A stretch of DNA of 58,191 bases, the filler included, from Streblomastix strix (taxonomy: Eukaryota): NCBI GenBank assembly GCA_008636045.1. It is 2 parts of 2 records of this genome, joined end to end, with 100 filler letters (N's around TTAATTAATTAA, not from the genome) between each part and the next. Parts side by side here need not be neighbours in the genome. Positions count along the whole stretch, not along the records: positions 29,157 to 58,191 come from SNRW01000110.1; 1 more part is not named here. One strand, written 5' to 3'. Of this stretch, positions 29,451 through 42,466 are shown piece after piece. Position 1 is the stretch's first letter. Each line of letters starts with the position of its first letter. The notes below the pieces were generated by a model. That model did no database searches. It saw only the letters and a program-made list of their open reading frames with translations, and had not been told where the DNA came from. The position numbers and the translations under genes were made by a program.

Positions 29451-31333
29451 ATTATAATAATATTTCACATTCCTATTCATATTCAGATAATAATCATAAC
29501 AAATAAAAGCATTAGAAATAATTAATCCACTCACATACTGATCGTGAATTAACATAATATTCAATGGATAAAAATAATAAATAATAAAGATTCACTGAAC
29601 CAACACAAATTTAATAATAATCTTAATCTTCATCACAAAAAGGTTATTCACTTCATCTTAATTCTGAAGTTAAATAAAAATAAGAAGTTCGAAGAAGAAT
29701 AAATAATAAAAAAGAAATGGATAAAGAAAATGATGATGTTTACTCTTGGACTTTACGTTTAATTGATTAAGCATAGATCAAAGATTCAAACTAAAATATA
29801 TAATAATAAAACAAAAATGAATTTACTATAACATAAAATTTAAATCAAAAGAAATAAGACTAATATTTAGACAAAGTAATTCAAATTCCTTAAACTTATT
29901 CCAATGCATTACTTATATCAAATTAAAATAAATAAGAAAAAGAGAAGAATAATAGAAATAAAAATAAATAAGAAGAAACTGAATCTTCATCATCCTCATA
30001 ATAATTTTCTTCATATTCATCATCATATTCGTCTTCTTCATCAACTTAACGTGTTCATCATAGAAATATAATAAATCTTGATAGTGATTCAGATGAATAA
30101 ATTAATGTGAATAGGAATAAGAAATAGAAAGAAAGAGAAAGAGAAGAAGAAAAGAAAAGAGAAAAATAAAGACAATAAGATAAAGAGAAAGAAAAGATGA
30201 AAGAGATTAATAAAAAGAAAGAAGAAGAAAATAAGAAAGAAATTGTTAAAGAGAAAAGAAGCTAAAAAGAATTGGATGATATTTGGAATATGGAAATGTA
30301 GAAAGAGAGAAAATAATAAATGGAAAGAGAATAAATGAGGGAAAAGGAATATTACTATGAAAGAGATAGAGAAATAAAGAAAGAGACAAAAGATGTAAAC
30401 ATGATAATGAATGAAAGACAAGGATATCATCAGTTTTAAAATAACAGAGGAAGGGATAAATAATATTAATAAGGTGGAAAAGATTGGAAAAATAAATAAA
30501 ATATGAAATAAAAGGGAAAAGATTAGAATATAAAACAGAATAAGCCAAAAAGTCTGATGGATTAAATATAAGAAGAAGAGCAATAAAGAGAAAGAGAAAG
30601 ACTATAGCGAAAGCTATAAAAAGAATTAGAATAAATAGCCAGGGAATAGAGAGACAAAGAAAGAGATAGAGAAAGAGAAAGATAAAGAGATAAATAAAGA
30701 GGGAATGAAAGATAGATGAAATAGTAATTGATGGAATTAGAGAAATAATAAGCATTGAAAGAAAGATAGAGAGAAAATGAAGAAAGAGAAAGGTGGAGGA
30801 AACAGAGTGAGAATAATAAGAAGAATTCTCAGTAAAAGATAAATTAAAGTGTTGATAATAGGAATTATTATAATAATATTAATAAATGGACGAAACCAGA
30901 GAAAAGGAACGAAATTTATAAAGAGAAAGAAAAAACCAGTAATATAAAAGAACGTTAATTAGTAAAAGAAAAGGATATTGAAAAATATCAGGATAAAGGG
31001 ATTAATAAATATAATGATAAAGAAAAGAATAATATTGAAATATAATAAAGGTTGGAAAAAGATAGAGATATTTATAGAGAAAAAGAGAGAAATACAAATA
31101 TTGAATAGTTGGAAAAGTAAAAACCATCATAAATGGACAAAGTTATTGATTAACCAAGCAGCATATAGCAGATACATAAGAACGAAACAGGATATCCAGA
31201 TGAAGATTTACAATGGGCATTGTCAGAAATTAGGAAGTAGTTAAGTGAATAGGAAATAGAGTAGTAGGAAGAGTTCAGTGAATATATCCTAGGCCTTGCG
31301 ATTGAGCTTTTAGACGAGCGCAATAAACAATGA
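29435..31333 (+). CDS. Low-complexity K/E/Q/N-rich protein, 5' incomplete, possible C-terminal UBA-like motif
   Basis: Frame consistent at all positions checked up to TGA 31331-31333. The C-terminus TGYPDEDLQWALSE...LAIELL is reminiscent of a UBA fold (weak). Confidence 0.6.
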
Positions 31334-31604
31334 ACTCAAAAATATCATGTTTTTATTCAGTGAGTTAAATTACATTAAAATAAAATAAATAATAATATAA
31401 TATTTATATTTTATGGTTTATATATGTTATATAGTGAACATCCGCGGATGTTGAAATTTTTAAATCCTATTATTTCGATATTTCACATCTACACTTGTTT
31501 AAAGTATTGATTTATGAGATTAATTAATTTATTTAATCAAATTACCATTATATATACTAATATAATTACATTTTTGTTAACCTTAAGCTCAGATTTGGTT
31601 AGCG

Positions 31605-34275
31605 ATGAACTTTTCATAATTGCGCTACGGGGACTGTATGTGTTTTAATTTTACATATAATTATAAATCAATATTTCAATTATTTGAAGTTTAAATAAAT
31701 AGAATGCTTGGAAGAGGATCTCAGGGTAGCACATATCTTGTTACTTTGAAATCTACGTAATAATAATTCGCTATGAAAAGAGAAAATTATTTAGAGGAGG
31801 AAGATAAGGAGAGTGTGAATAGGGAGATAGAGCAAATGAAACGTTTGAAATCAAGATTCACTGTTTGTTTTAACTTCCTTTTTCTTTATTTTTATGTTTA
31901 ATTATTATATTTTATTTTATTAACATTTTTAATATTATAATTTTGTAGGTGAAACTCATCCATACATTCTTAGATAGAGAAGATATGTGTATTATAATGC
32001 AGCTTTGCAAATAAGGCGATTTAAGGAAAATGATTGCAAATCTATAGAAAATTCCCGAAAGAGAGAGAATTATGGTTTGTTGTATATTCTTTTTTTACCT
32101 ATGATATCATACTTATTATTATTTATTATAAACAGCGTGTATGGGCTATTCTTGCATAGATCATCCGTGCACTTGACCATCTTCATTCTCACAATGTTAT
32201 CCATCGGTATATTTTATTATTATTATTATTTCATACTTTTATTTATATTAACGCATTGAATATTTGAAACATTTACAATTTCAGAGACATCAAACCTGAA
32301 AATATCTTCGTGATGGAAGATGGATCAGTTAGACTTGGTATACTTCTATTTTTCATTATTTTTTAATTCTAAAAATTTGTTATAATATTTGTTTACTTAT
32401 TTTATTCTTTAGGAGACTTTGGTTTTGCCAAAGAACTGACTGAAAGAACTTATACTTCAATTGCCGGAACAAGGTTTATTCTTCAGTTTTCCTTCATTTT
32501 TCCACATTAATTTTACTAATGCAGAGTTTATATTGCTCCTGAAGTATGGTTATTAAGAAGGACAAATTTCAGTTCAGATATTTTTTCTGTTGGAATTATA
32601 ACACAAGAATTACTTACAGGATGCCATCCATTTGATACAGGATACGAATAAGGAATAGTTGATAATATAATAAAAGGACATATGAGAGAATAACCTTCTT
32701 TTGTTTCAAGGGAGTTGAAAGAACTTATTTTTTCTATGCTTGATTAGGTTTGTAAATTTAATTGAAGCAAATAATTATAATTTATTTTTATTTAATTTAA
32801 CATAACTTTTCCTCATACTTCATAATTATTCAGGATTTCAGCAAGCGTCCAACAACAAAGCAAATAATGGACCAAGAAACCATTCAAATGTATCTTCGCA
32901 TGTAAGAGGAGAAAGAATAAGAGATTGAAATTGAGTAAAGGAGGACAAATGAAGTTGAATAAGAGAATATTCGTCTGAGAGAATAACTGAATCAGATGCA
33001 AATATCAGATACACCACAAATACGATAATAAGGCATTTAACAACCAGAAACTAGCTTCTCTATTGAACGTTCAAGAAGACAAATGGCAAGCGTATTTTAG
33101 ACATTGAGTATGAATAAATCTCTTTTTAAGTCAAGAAAATTTAAAGAGAGAAAATATAATTACTATTAAATTATATTTTATATATATTATTTACTTTCTT
33201 CTATTTACAATACAATACAATACTCTTGAATTCAAACAGGCCCTATATTATTCTCTCCCATTCTTCCTGGTCTAAATGATGTAACTTTTTAAGATAACTT
33301 ATACACCAATGTTTCTGACAATCATTCAACAGTATTATTTAACCCAGTTATCAGAAGTGGAATTGTGAGAATGGAAATACTTAATGTTGCTGATTTATTA
33401 GGTATAGCCTTATTTACTTTAATATTTGTTTATATTTATTATTTTTATTATTTTCACAGCTGTAGGAATAGCTGATGAATCTGTTTAATATGATTAGAAT
33501 GAATATCCGGAATCAGGAGGTAGTAGAACTTGACGATAAATAAATATAAATAAAAATGTTTAAAATAATTCTATATTTAAATATTATTGAATATGATATA
33601 AAATATTGTTTATTTGTTTATTTATTCTATCTATTTATATTCTATTTAGGTAAACATAAGAGGATCTACTTCCGCTATGAGTATGTTTATAATAATAATT
33701 TTTCTCATTTATTATAACTTCAGTAATATATTTAATTTTTAAATAATTATTTTATTTATTTAAATTTTCAGTGGTTCATTGACTCATATCAGTAGTTATT
33801 TATAAGGAAACGATGAATTTGGCCATTCAGGCTGTCGTGTAACAATGGAAGTATGATTGAAGTAAAATGAAATTGACTTATTATTTTGATTTATAACAAA
33901 TTTTCAAATAAATATTAACTTTCATTTATTCTATTTTTCTATATTTTTGTATTAGTTAAATATGGACACTAATCCTCGCTCATTAACATTCTTTATTAAT
34001 GATGTTGAGCAAAAAAATTATTTGACAAACATTCCTGCAGCTGTCAGATTCTATGTATTGAATAATATATAAATAATAATCACATTTATTATTTTTATTC
34101 GTTTAAAATCAATCTTTTATATATTCAATTATTATTTATTTTGTAAATATATTATTAGGCTTTCCTTTTGTATAAAGGTGAACAATTCAAAGTTCTCAAA
34201 TTTGATCATCTATCATCACCAGCAGCAACACACAGAGAATCGCATGCTTACAGTTGGGGAAATAGTTGGGAATGA
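31605..34275 (+). CDS. NEK-like Ser/Thr kinase with coiled coil and C-terminal SPRY/B30.2-like domain; ~13 introns
   Basis: Spliced translation gives LGRGSQGSTYLV, FAMK, HRDIKPENIF, GDFGFAKEL, GTRVYIAPE, SDIFSVG. Tail VGIADES...GCRVTMELNMDTNPRSLTFFINDVEQ...IPAAVRFY...YSWGNSWE, ending at TGA 34273-34275. Confidence 0.85.
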
Positions 34276-34728
34276 ATAGGAGATAAAAGAAATGAAGAGC
34301 AGATAAAGAAATGAAGAACAGATAAAAAATATTTATCTGCAATATTATTAATTTGTAAGTTATTTTCATAGTCACTCTCATCACTACACATGTAACTATT
34401 TTAAATATAGCTTTTTTGTATTTAACCCACTCATTTTAATAAAATCCAGCATATATCTTATTTCGTTTTCGTTTTTTAAATTGTCTAGTAATTTAAGTTT
34501 TCTGTGTAAATTAAAGTTTAAAATTGCTTTTCAATTATTTATTTTAAAATAACTATTATATTCACAAAGTTTTTAGACATAGATATGCCACTTATTTTCC
34601 AATTACAGCTCAATTTTCTATGCACAAATAATTTTTGACAAATCATTCATACAATCTGGAACAAACATAATCTTTATTTTATTCTAATATTTTTTGTTTA
34701 TTATAATTGTAAGAGATACGCTTGAATA

Positions 34729-35493
34729 ATGTGCGCAAAGAAAGCATTGATCATCGTTGATGTATAATGTCTGTTTCAAACTCTCTGCATATTTCCTCAT
34801 TAATAAACTGCTTGAATACATTTAATATTATTACAGATGATTTTCTTGAAGGTGGCAGTCTAGCTGTGGCACATGGTAACGAAGTAATACCAGTCATCAA
34901 CACTCTGAGAAAGCGCGTGAAGTTTGACGATGTTGTCTTTACAAAAGACTGGTTTGCAACCTATTATTATTGAATTATCTAAAATAAGTATTTTAATATA
35001 AAAAACATACTTATTTTATTTAAGGCACCCAAAGGGACATTGCTCTTTTGCTTCGAGCCACGCTGGAAAAGCACTTTTTGAGGATATTGTTCTTGAAGAT
35101 GGAACTCCACAGCGTTTATGGCCTGATCATTGTGTTTAGAATAGTCATGGGTCTGATGTGCATAAGGATTTAAGTGTAGAAAAGGATGATTTCACTGTAT
35201 TAAAAGGATAGAACCCTAAATTAGACTCATACTCAGCGTTTTTTGACAATGCCAAAAAAGCAAAAACAACTTTACATGAACATCTTCAGAATAAGGGAAT
35301 CAGTGAAGTATTTGTAACAGGAATTGCATTGGACTATTGTGTATTCGCAACAGCAGTAGATGCACATGATCTTGGCTTCAAGACTAATGTGGTCGTTGAT
35401 GCAACACGTGGTGTAGCTCCAGATACAAGTGAAGAAGCCAAAAAGAAATTGACAGAAAAGGGAATCACACTTATACAATCTACTGAAATATGA
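34729..35493 (+). CDS. PNC1: Nicotinamidase/pyrazinamidase (isochorismatase family)
   Basis: ALIIVDVQYDFLEGGSLAV, TKDWHPKGHCSFAS, LWPDHCVQNSHG, KGQNPKLDSYSAFFDN, GIALDYCVFATAVDA. Introns 34769-34836 and ~34952-35024. TGA at 35491-35493. Confidence 0.95.
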
Positions 35494-35589
35494 AAGGTAC
35501 TCTTTATTTGTTTAATTATATTGATTAATAAATAATGCATTTTTAAAAATAAGGCCTCGCTGAATATTTATTTATCGTATTTACACTCA

Positions 35590-38500
35590 TCATTAAAACT
35601 AACCATCAAATCCCATGAATCCACACAGTAAGAAAACTGGGAAAAATCTTTTCTTCTCAAGTTTGTTGCACCAATTCCAAGCAGATGTGAGTCTCCCATC
35701 AATGCAACTACCAGCTTCGAAGAAGTTATCGCTTCCAGATCCATCGAAGCCAAATCTAAAGAAATCTTACAATATTTCCATTCGGAGTAAATCAACTCCA
35801 CCAAATTCTGTATCAATATAAACTTTTAATCTGGGTGTTTCTTTTACAATAGTCGGTATCTTATCCAACACAGATACAACAGGTTGTAGGATACGAGAGA
35901 CTTGCGTATATTTATCAATAAACATTAAAGCATTAGGAACATTAGAATCACCTAAATGGATAACAGAAGATCCAACCCAACTTTCAGGTAAGAGAGATTA
36001 TTATACTCTTCTAAGGATCTGTTGCATCTCTCTTTCTGTTCTTGGGCATTTCTATATTCTATTTGTTCCTTATCCTCCAGTGTCTCTCAATCTATACATT
36101 GCTGCACTTGGAGATGCATTAGAAGAAATAGATGATATTGAACTCTGAGAAGATTGCATTTATTGTTGTTGTGTCTTTTGTGAAGCTTTATCCTCATCAA
36201 GAAGATCAGATTCAGCTAAATACCACAATTTGAAGAAATCATGCAAGATTTCTCTCCAAAGAATCAGTGTTTGTTTAACATAAGAGAACTGACGTGTGTG
36301 TGTATGAGCTAATCTAGCTCCTCCAACTCCATATGTTATTGATAATGTGCTTCTTGCTTCTCTTGTATTACTAAGAGCTGCTTATATTTATGGTTATTAT
36401 GATATGAAGTGTGATTATGTTAATGGACTTGGTGAAGATAAGTTATTGAGTGATGAATTGGATTAATAATTTGGTTTGAGTGAGTTTGGTGATGATATGC
36501 CAATATATCTTTTATCTTTTATGCCTTTACTATTCTATTAATCGTCTTCATTATCATTTTCATCATTATTATCATCTATGTCCATTTAACTGTTTTTATT
36601 TGAATTATTATTATTCAATTATTGTTTTTCTAGTCCTTTCTGATTCTTCCCTTGGAATAATTAAGCAATTTCATTCTAATCTTTTCCTTCGTTTTATATT
36701 TCAGCTTTAAAATAATAAATAAGATATTCAAGCATCTTTTGGCATGGAAGAGAATTATATCTTAGAAAGCATTAATTATCAGCAAGTGAATAAATCATCC
36801 ATTTGACATCTTCTTATTTGGCACTTGTTTATACATTCCCATATCCTTAACTTGAATGTTTATCATCATCTTCATCATAATCATCATCTCTCTTTGAATT
36901 CCAGAAACTAGATGCATTATAATATCCATATCCATAACTATAACTGCTTCTTTTCCTTCTTTCTTATACAAGTCTCTGTTATTCACGTCCATCTTATGAA
37001 TATTTAACTGAGAGATATTCTACAGCTTTCTCTTTAGATTTGATCTCTTTATCAACTAAATATCTTGCTTTGTCAGGTCCTGCAAAGATCTCCCTTGTTG
37101 CAACATCCATCTAAGGCTCGTCCAGAATAGCTTCAATTCCATGTTCCTTAAAATAATCATAAACTGTATTGATGGGTTTAACACAGTCAAATCCAATCAT
37201 TTCTTTTATTTCAGGTATTTGAGTGTCCATCAGTGCATATATTAACTTACCATACGATGTTCTCATCTTCTCAGGATTGGTGATTTTGTATCTTCTGGCA
37301 ACTAAATAATAATAAGCAATAATTTAAGAGCAAAAAATTTTATATCTTAAACATACTTTCAAATTGTTTCTAATAGAATTTACTATATTATTTGAAATTT
37401 CTATCAACTAAGAGCTATCCTCCAACATCATAATTTGTAGCAACTGCCAATCCAGTGAATATTGAACATAATTCTTGAACAATTCGAAACATCCTCTTGG
37501 CAGGTATTGCACTTCGAGGACCGGATGTTGTTGAAACTTTAACATTTCCTTATGATTGATTTGAATATGAACTTCCTTTATAATCATTATTTTCTTTACC
37601 TTGGGATGTAAGATGAATTGCAAATGAAGGATCATCTACCCGAGTTGTGTATTCAGAAACTGTTAGCTCAGAATCTATCAATCTTTTCATCTTTTATTCA
37701 TCTCTATTAAGTCGAACAGGAATGTATCTCGCTTTTTCACTCCATGGTGCCTCTGATGAATGCTCTAAAGTTATTCCTTTAGCTCTAATATTCCTTGCTT
37801 ATTCTTCCTCAGTAATTTCAGAATTTAATATAATTCCAACTCCTGTATTAATACTTATTGATTTAGCTTCTTAAAATGCTGGCACGTTGGAAAAATTAAG
37901 ATTTTAATTCTCATCTTTGGATTATTGATTATCATCGTTCTCTTCTTTTCTATCTGTTTCTTTTACCATTGCAGATGCATTTAGATGCTAGGCATTTAAA
38001 TCCACATTTACATAACTTGTACGATGCAATTTTCTATTCCCTACAGAAATAAATCCACCATAAAAAAAGCAAACCTCGAAAATTTAGAAGATAACAAAAA
38101 ATTAACGTAATCAAACCTTTTTTGTGAAATATCATAAAACATTCGTTGCAATATGTATCTATTAGTAACAAAAAAATATAAATTAAAGTATAATTAGCAT
38201 TTTATAGCCGAGAGAACAAGTGCGGAGATAATTACCATTGCATTCAAAACAGAAGAGCGTAGATGGCTTTGACTCACACTCAACGCAAATTTCTTTGGGT
38301 AAAACATCATAATCTATAATTGTGGATATAAAATAAAAATTATAAGCAATTTTAAAGCTGAATTGGAAAGAACAAAAAAAAACCATCATTATCCTCATTC
38401 TTATTAATCAAATTGGTAGCTCTATAGACAATAATTATATAAATTTCATTTTATAGTAAATTAAATTTATAAAGAATAAAATGTACAAGAAGGATGAATG

Positions 38501-38624
38501 AAAAATCGAAAAATTAAAAAAAGATGGTATACAGCTCTGGCTTTAATAATATCTATGAAATTGTCAGTGTCTACGGATCGCCCTCACTTTAATCTTTGTT
38601 GTCTTTATTTCTACCAGAACTCAT
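35590..38624 (-). CDS. B-box zinc finger + UPF0652 (DUF2009) protein
   Basis: B-box CVECESKPSTLFCFECNDTYCNECFMIFHKKGNRKLH across introns. YIPVRL...VSEYTTRVD, YKITNPEKMRTSYGKLIY, GGARLAHTHTRQF, WVGSSVIHLGD..VPNALMFIDKY, FDGSG..NFFEAGSCIDGRLTSAWNWC. About 5 introns. Confidence 0.85.
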
Positions 38625-38819
38625 GTGCTTTAAATAAAAAGGAATATGGATTTTACGTTATGCAATGTGAATTGTTTATTAGTTCTTTATATAATGAATT
38701 GTTTACTGGTGAGTTGTGTGATGAGAAATTGTGAGTATTGCTCCGAAAATTATTTATTGGTGTATGTGAGATAAAAAATATGCATATCACCTTGGAATAA
38801 ATTATGAATTGCTTAATCT

Positions 38820-40829
38820 TCATTTACCCTTCTTCTCAGTGGCTTTCCCTGAAATGTTTTCGATTGCTGTTGTATTCTCCATAGCAACAACAACACTCTA
38901 TACGTTTCCTTGCCCTGCAAAGTGTCCGTCAATCACAGTGTCGGTGAGACCTATTTAAATAATTAATAATAATAAGAAATATAAAATAAAAATAAAATAA
39001 AAAAGCATACGTTTGATCCTGTATTCGCTCACCTTACCCAGTTTGACACTTCTGAAGTTCCAAGTGATGATGAATGGTCCAGTTGATGTTACAATAGTCC
39101 TCTCTAAGGTCTGTGGGTCATAATTGAACTTAGCTGGTGTGAATGAGACAATTCCAACTAACCTGATGACATCCTTATAATCCAGTTGAAGCTTAACAGG
39201 AGCTTTTCTCCCATCTTTTGGAATGGATTTATCAAATCCAATTATCTTCTGGGCTTCAGAAGATGTTGGAAGTTCAGTGTTAAGAACCAGAAGATATGTT
39301 GGAGTTGTAGCAACTATCCAAAGACCATCCTGACTAACATCCATTCCTATAATGGGATCACCAAATCCAGGAATGAGCGTCTTAGCTCTTTTCTGAAGTG
39401 AATTGTCAAACAGTCTGATGTCTCCTTTAGCTGATCCTATTGCCAACTATCCAGCATTTGTTGTAGCTCCTGAAGTAAGGAATGCTCTTGTTGATGAAGC
39501 ATACTATTATCCTTTCCCATCTACAATGCATGGATTGATAGCTGTAGATCTTGAGCCGGATCCACCACGTCCAGCAGCACTGGCTATACGAGGATCCATC
39601 ACAAAGTATTAATTCTTGTTGATACCCAAGAAAGTCTATTCATCCAATTGAGGAGCACCTTTATTACTTGGTGTTAGAGAATCAATTGGAGCATCTGCAT
39701 TGTTAGTCTTCCATTCTTCAACTACCTTCCCTCTCTCAACATCAAATGAAGAGACTACACTTCTTCTATCTGGGTTCAGAAGAAGCAATTATCTATTCCC
39801 TTAATAAAGAAGAGCTTTAGATGGAGTGAATGGAGTATCATCAAGAGTCTTCACTACAGGAACAGTAGATACAGCAGATAGAACTCCTGTTCCACCTCTA
39901 CGATATGCTCCTTCTGCTTAATCCATTCCAGATGCTGTACTGAATATATCCAATTATCCCGACTGCTTAACCACAAATGATCTTGGAACACGTTATCCAA
40001 CAATTAGTAACTTATTTGGATCATTCTTAGACTTCTTCTTAGGAGCTTAACTTGCTCCAATTTATGAAACACGGATTCCTCCTTTCTTTTCTTCTTCTTC
40101 TTCTTCCTCTTCATCATCATCATCATCATCTTTCTCTTTCTCTTCTTCTTTCTCTTCTTCATATATCCTTCTGAGATTATATTATCTTTTCTATAATTGT
40201 TTTATTTCTTTCTTATTCAATTTAGCTTTTTCTAATTCTTCATCACGACCTTCGAAGTCAGAATCATCATCATCATCTTTTTCCTTCTCCTTTCCAACAT
40301 TCTATTATGTCATCAGAGTTTAGATAATGAAGTCTGCTTCTTCACATCTAGAAAAAGGTAATTTATTCTGAGTTTCCCAAAGTCTGATTGTGAATTCTCT
40401 CCTGAGTAAGTTGAAAGCTGGTTCTCCTCCTTATCCACCTGGAAGACCTTTGACAGTTGCACTCATTGTCAATGCTGCTCCATCAAGAGGAGTAACCCAT
40501 ACAATAGAAGAATGAGTCTATACAAAATAGAGATGCATGTCACTGTTGATCTTTTGTAGAAGTAGAAGTTCGCCATTTTTGTTACGAACTACAAGGTTAT
40601 ATTCATAGCTCTAAGGTTATTTCTTCTTGCTCTTTGGATCTGGTAACGCTCCAACTGCATATAGACCAAGAAGTGCATCTTATTCCACGTTCTCAAAGGA
40701 TCCGCTCTCAACACTGAAAACAAATAGGGCAGCTTCAACTTCTAAGAGCTTTGTCCAAGTATCCATCCCTCCTTAACTTTGTTGCATACTTGGAAGTGGT
40801 ACTTAGGTGCCTGATCCTTTCTTTGACAT
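38820..40829 (-). CDS. VID27: VID27/CYPRO4-like vacuolar import and degradation protein
   Basis: FDVERGKVVEEW, TFLGIN, LAIGSAKGDIRLFD...RAKTLIPGFGDPIIGMDVSQDGLWIVATT, FTPAKFN, ERTIVTSTGPFIITWNF. One intron, 39010-38951. Confidence 0.9.
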
Positions 40830-41702
40830 ACTAAATAATGTATAATTAACAAAAGAAGAATAAGAAAATGGAAAATAAAGAAAAAGCAAAATAAAGAATA
40901 AGCAAAATAAAGAATAAGCAAAATAGAGAATGAATAATAAGCAAAATAGAAAAATAATAAAGATAAAAGATTAGATAAATACATATTTAGGTTCATTATT
41001 TACAAAAAATATGTGGGTAGTGCAAAAATAGACGTTAGTTCGATTTTTCTTGCCATGCTTTTCTTTGGTGGTGTTTGGCTCTAATTTACTCGAATTATAC
41101 TTGATGGTAATATATATAAATATATAGATTGGACTATACAACCAAACTGTTATTCGACGAGTTGTGATGGTATGTTTTAAAAGTAAGGGATTTGACTTCG
41201 TCTTCTGTTCTTTTCCAATTGTCTCCCATGTCCATTTGTCATTTTTTAATATCATAAATAATTTATTTAAACTGCAAATTCCCCAGGTCGTATATCAATT
41301 ATCATAAATAAAAATATCAAAAGCAAATAAGGTTCACTTAAATTTATTATCCCAGAATGTGTATGAAGCATAAAAAATGCAGAGGTTACTGCAAATTTCA
41401 AAAAACTATTAACTGGTAGGAAAGCAATAGAATAGTGATAAATTACTAAAACTGAAATAGGATTACTCATTTCCGTTATAAGGAAACATTGGAGTGGAAT
41501 GATGAAGTAAAGTCGATAGTTAAAGTATAAGTATGAAGTGAATTTGAAAAATATATGAAATATCAACTATTATCAATTCCAGAAACCCTGCAATAAGAAA
41601 TAATCAAAAAAAGAAAGAAAAATAAAGTTTAAGTCAGAAGAAGTTCGCACACATTATGCAACTCATTTGTGAAGTGGATTATTTGACATATCATGCTCGT
41701 AC

Positions 41703-42328
41703 TCAGTCCCCATAGAATTCAATAAATAAAGTTCGCTGGTCCTCGACACCATCACGCTAACCAGCGAAAATTACTGGCGCACATGGGCCTGCAAGCCCGT
41801 ACCGCCGCTCCATAGCTCGTACAAAGTGCTCAAATTGCTCACGACTGAAGTTGCAACTATAATCAACAAGAAACAACATTTCTCTTTCCATCTCGTTGAC
41901 TTCTTGTAGCGAGAATTTTTCTTCTCCGATTATGACCCAGTCTCTGTTTCGATATGTCACATCTTCACTCACTTTGCTTGTAATCATCGCCGCAATCAAG
42001 AATAATCGCCTAATGTTCACCTCTGAAAACTCCAATGCTGGGAATCGCTTGCGAATTTTTTCAAGAAGCATACAGGCTTGCACAATTCCACTCCAACTCA
42101 TCCGTGATACAGAATAAATTCGTTCTACCCATTTACGCAAATCTATATTTGTCGGTTCGTGTTTGAACTCTAATACGAAAAGAAAAGTTAAAATAAAACA
42201 AATAATCCCCGTTCATGCACACCTTCTTGCTCTGCACAGCGCTTGTCAACAGCTTTCTTGCAGATAGACTGCAAGTACCCCGCGACACCTACCACGAGGC
42301 CGGTCAAGTCCTCCTTCTGCGCAGACAT
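41703..42328 (-). CDS. PHO80/P-U type cyclin
   Basis: IDLRKWVERIY, NIRRLFLIAAMITSKVSEDVTYRNRDWVIIG, LQEVNEMEREMLFLVDY. One 52-nt intron. Reads through TAG to TGA. Confidence 0.88.
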
Positions 42329-42466
42329 AATTACTATTTCCCCTTTACGCAAAAATAACCAACAAACTGGAAACTCAAAATCTGGTATTATTTGGCGACA
42401 TGAAGTGTATTATTCAATCAATCCAAATATATTGTGAAATGTTGATGTGTGAAATGCTCTAAATAA

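Noticed and set aside
30089..30755. Hydrophobic F/L/I-rich 'membrane protein' ORFs (also 493-696, 6113-6418, 7108-7479 and mirrors)
   Set aside because: Antisense to K/E/Q-rich coding sequence, with no family motifs.
40880..40950. AAGCAAAATAAAGAAT-like repeats upstream of VID27
   Set aside because: Simple low-complexity repeat, probably in a UTR intron or spacer, with no evidence of function.
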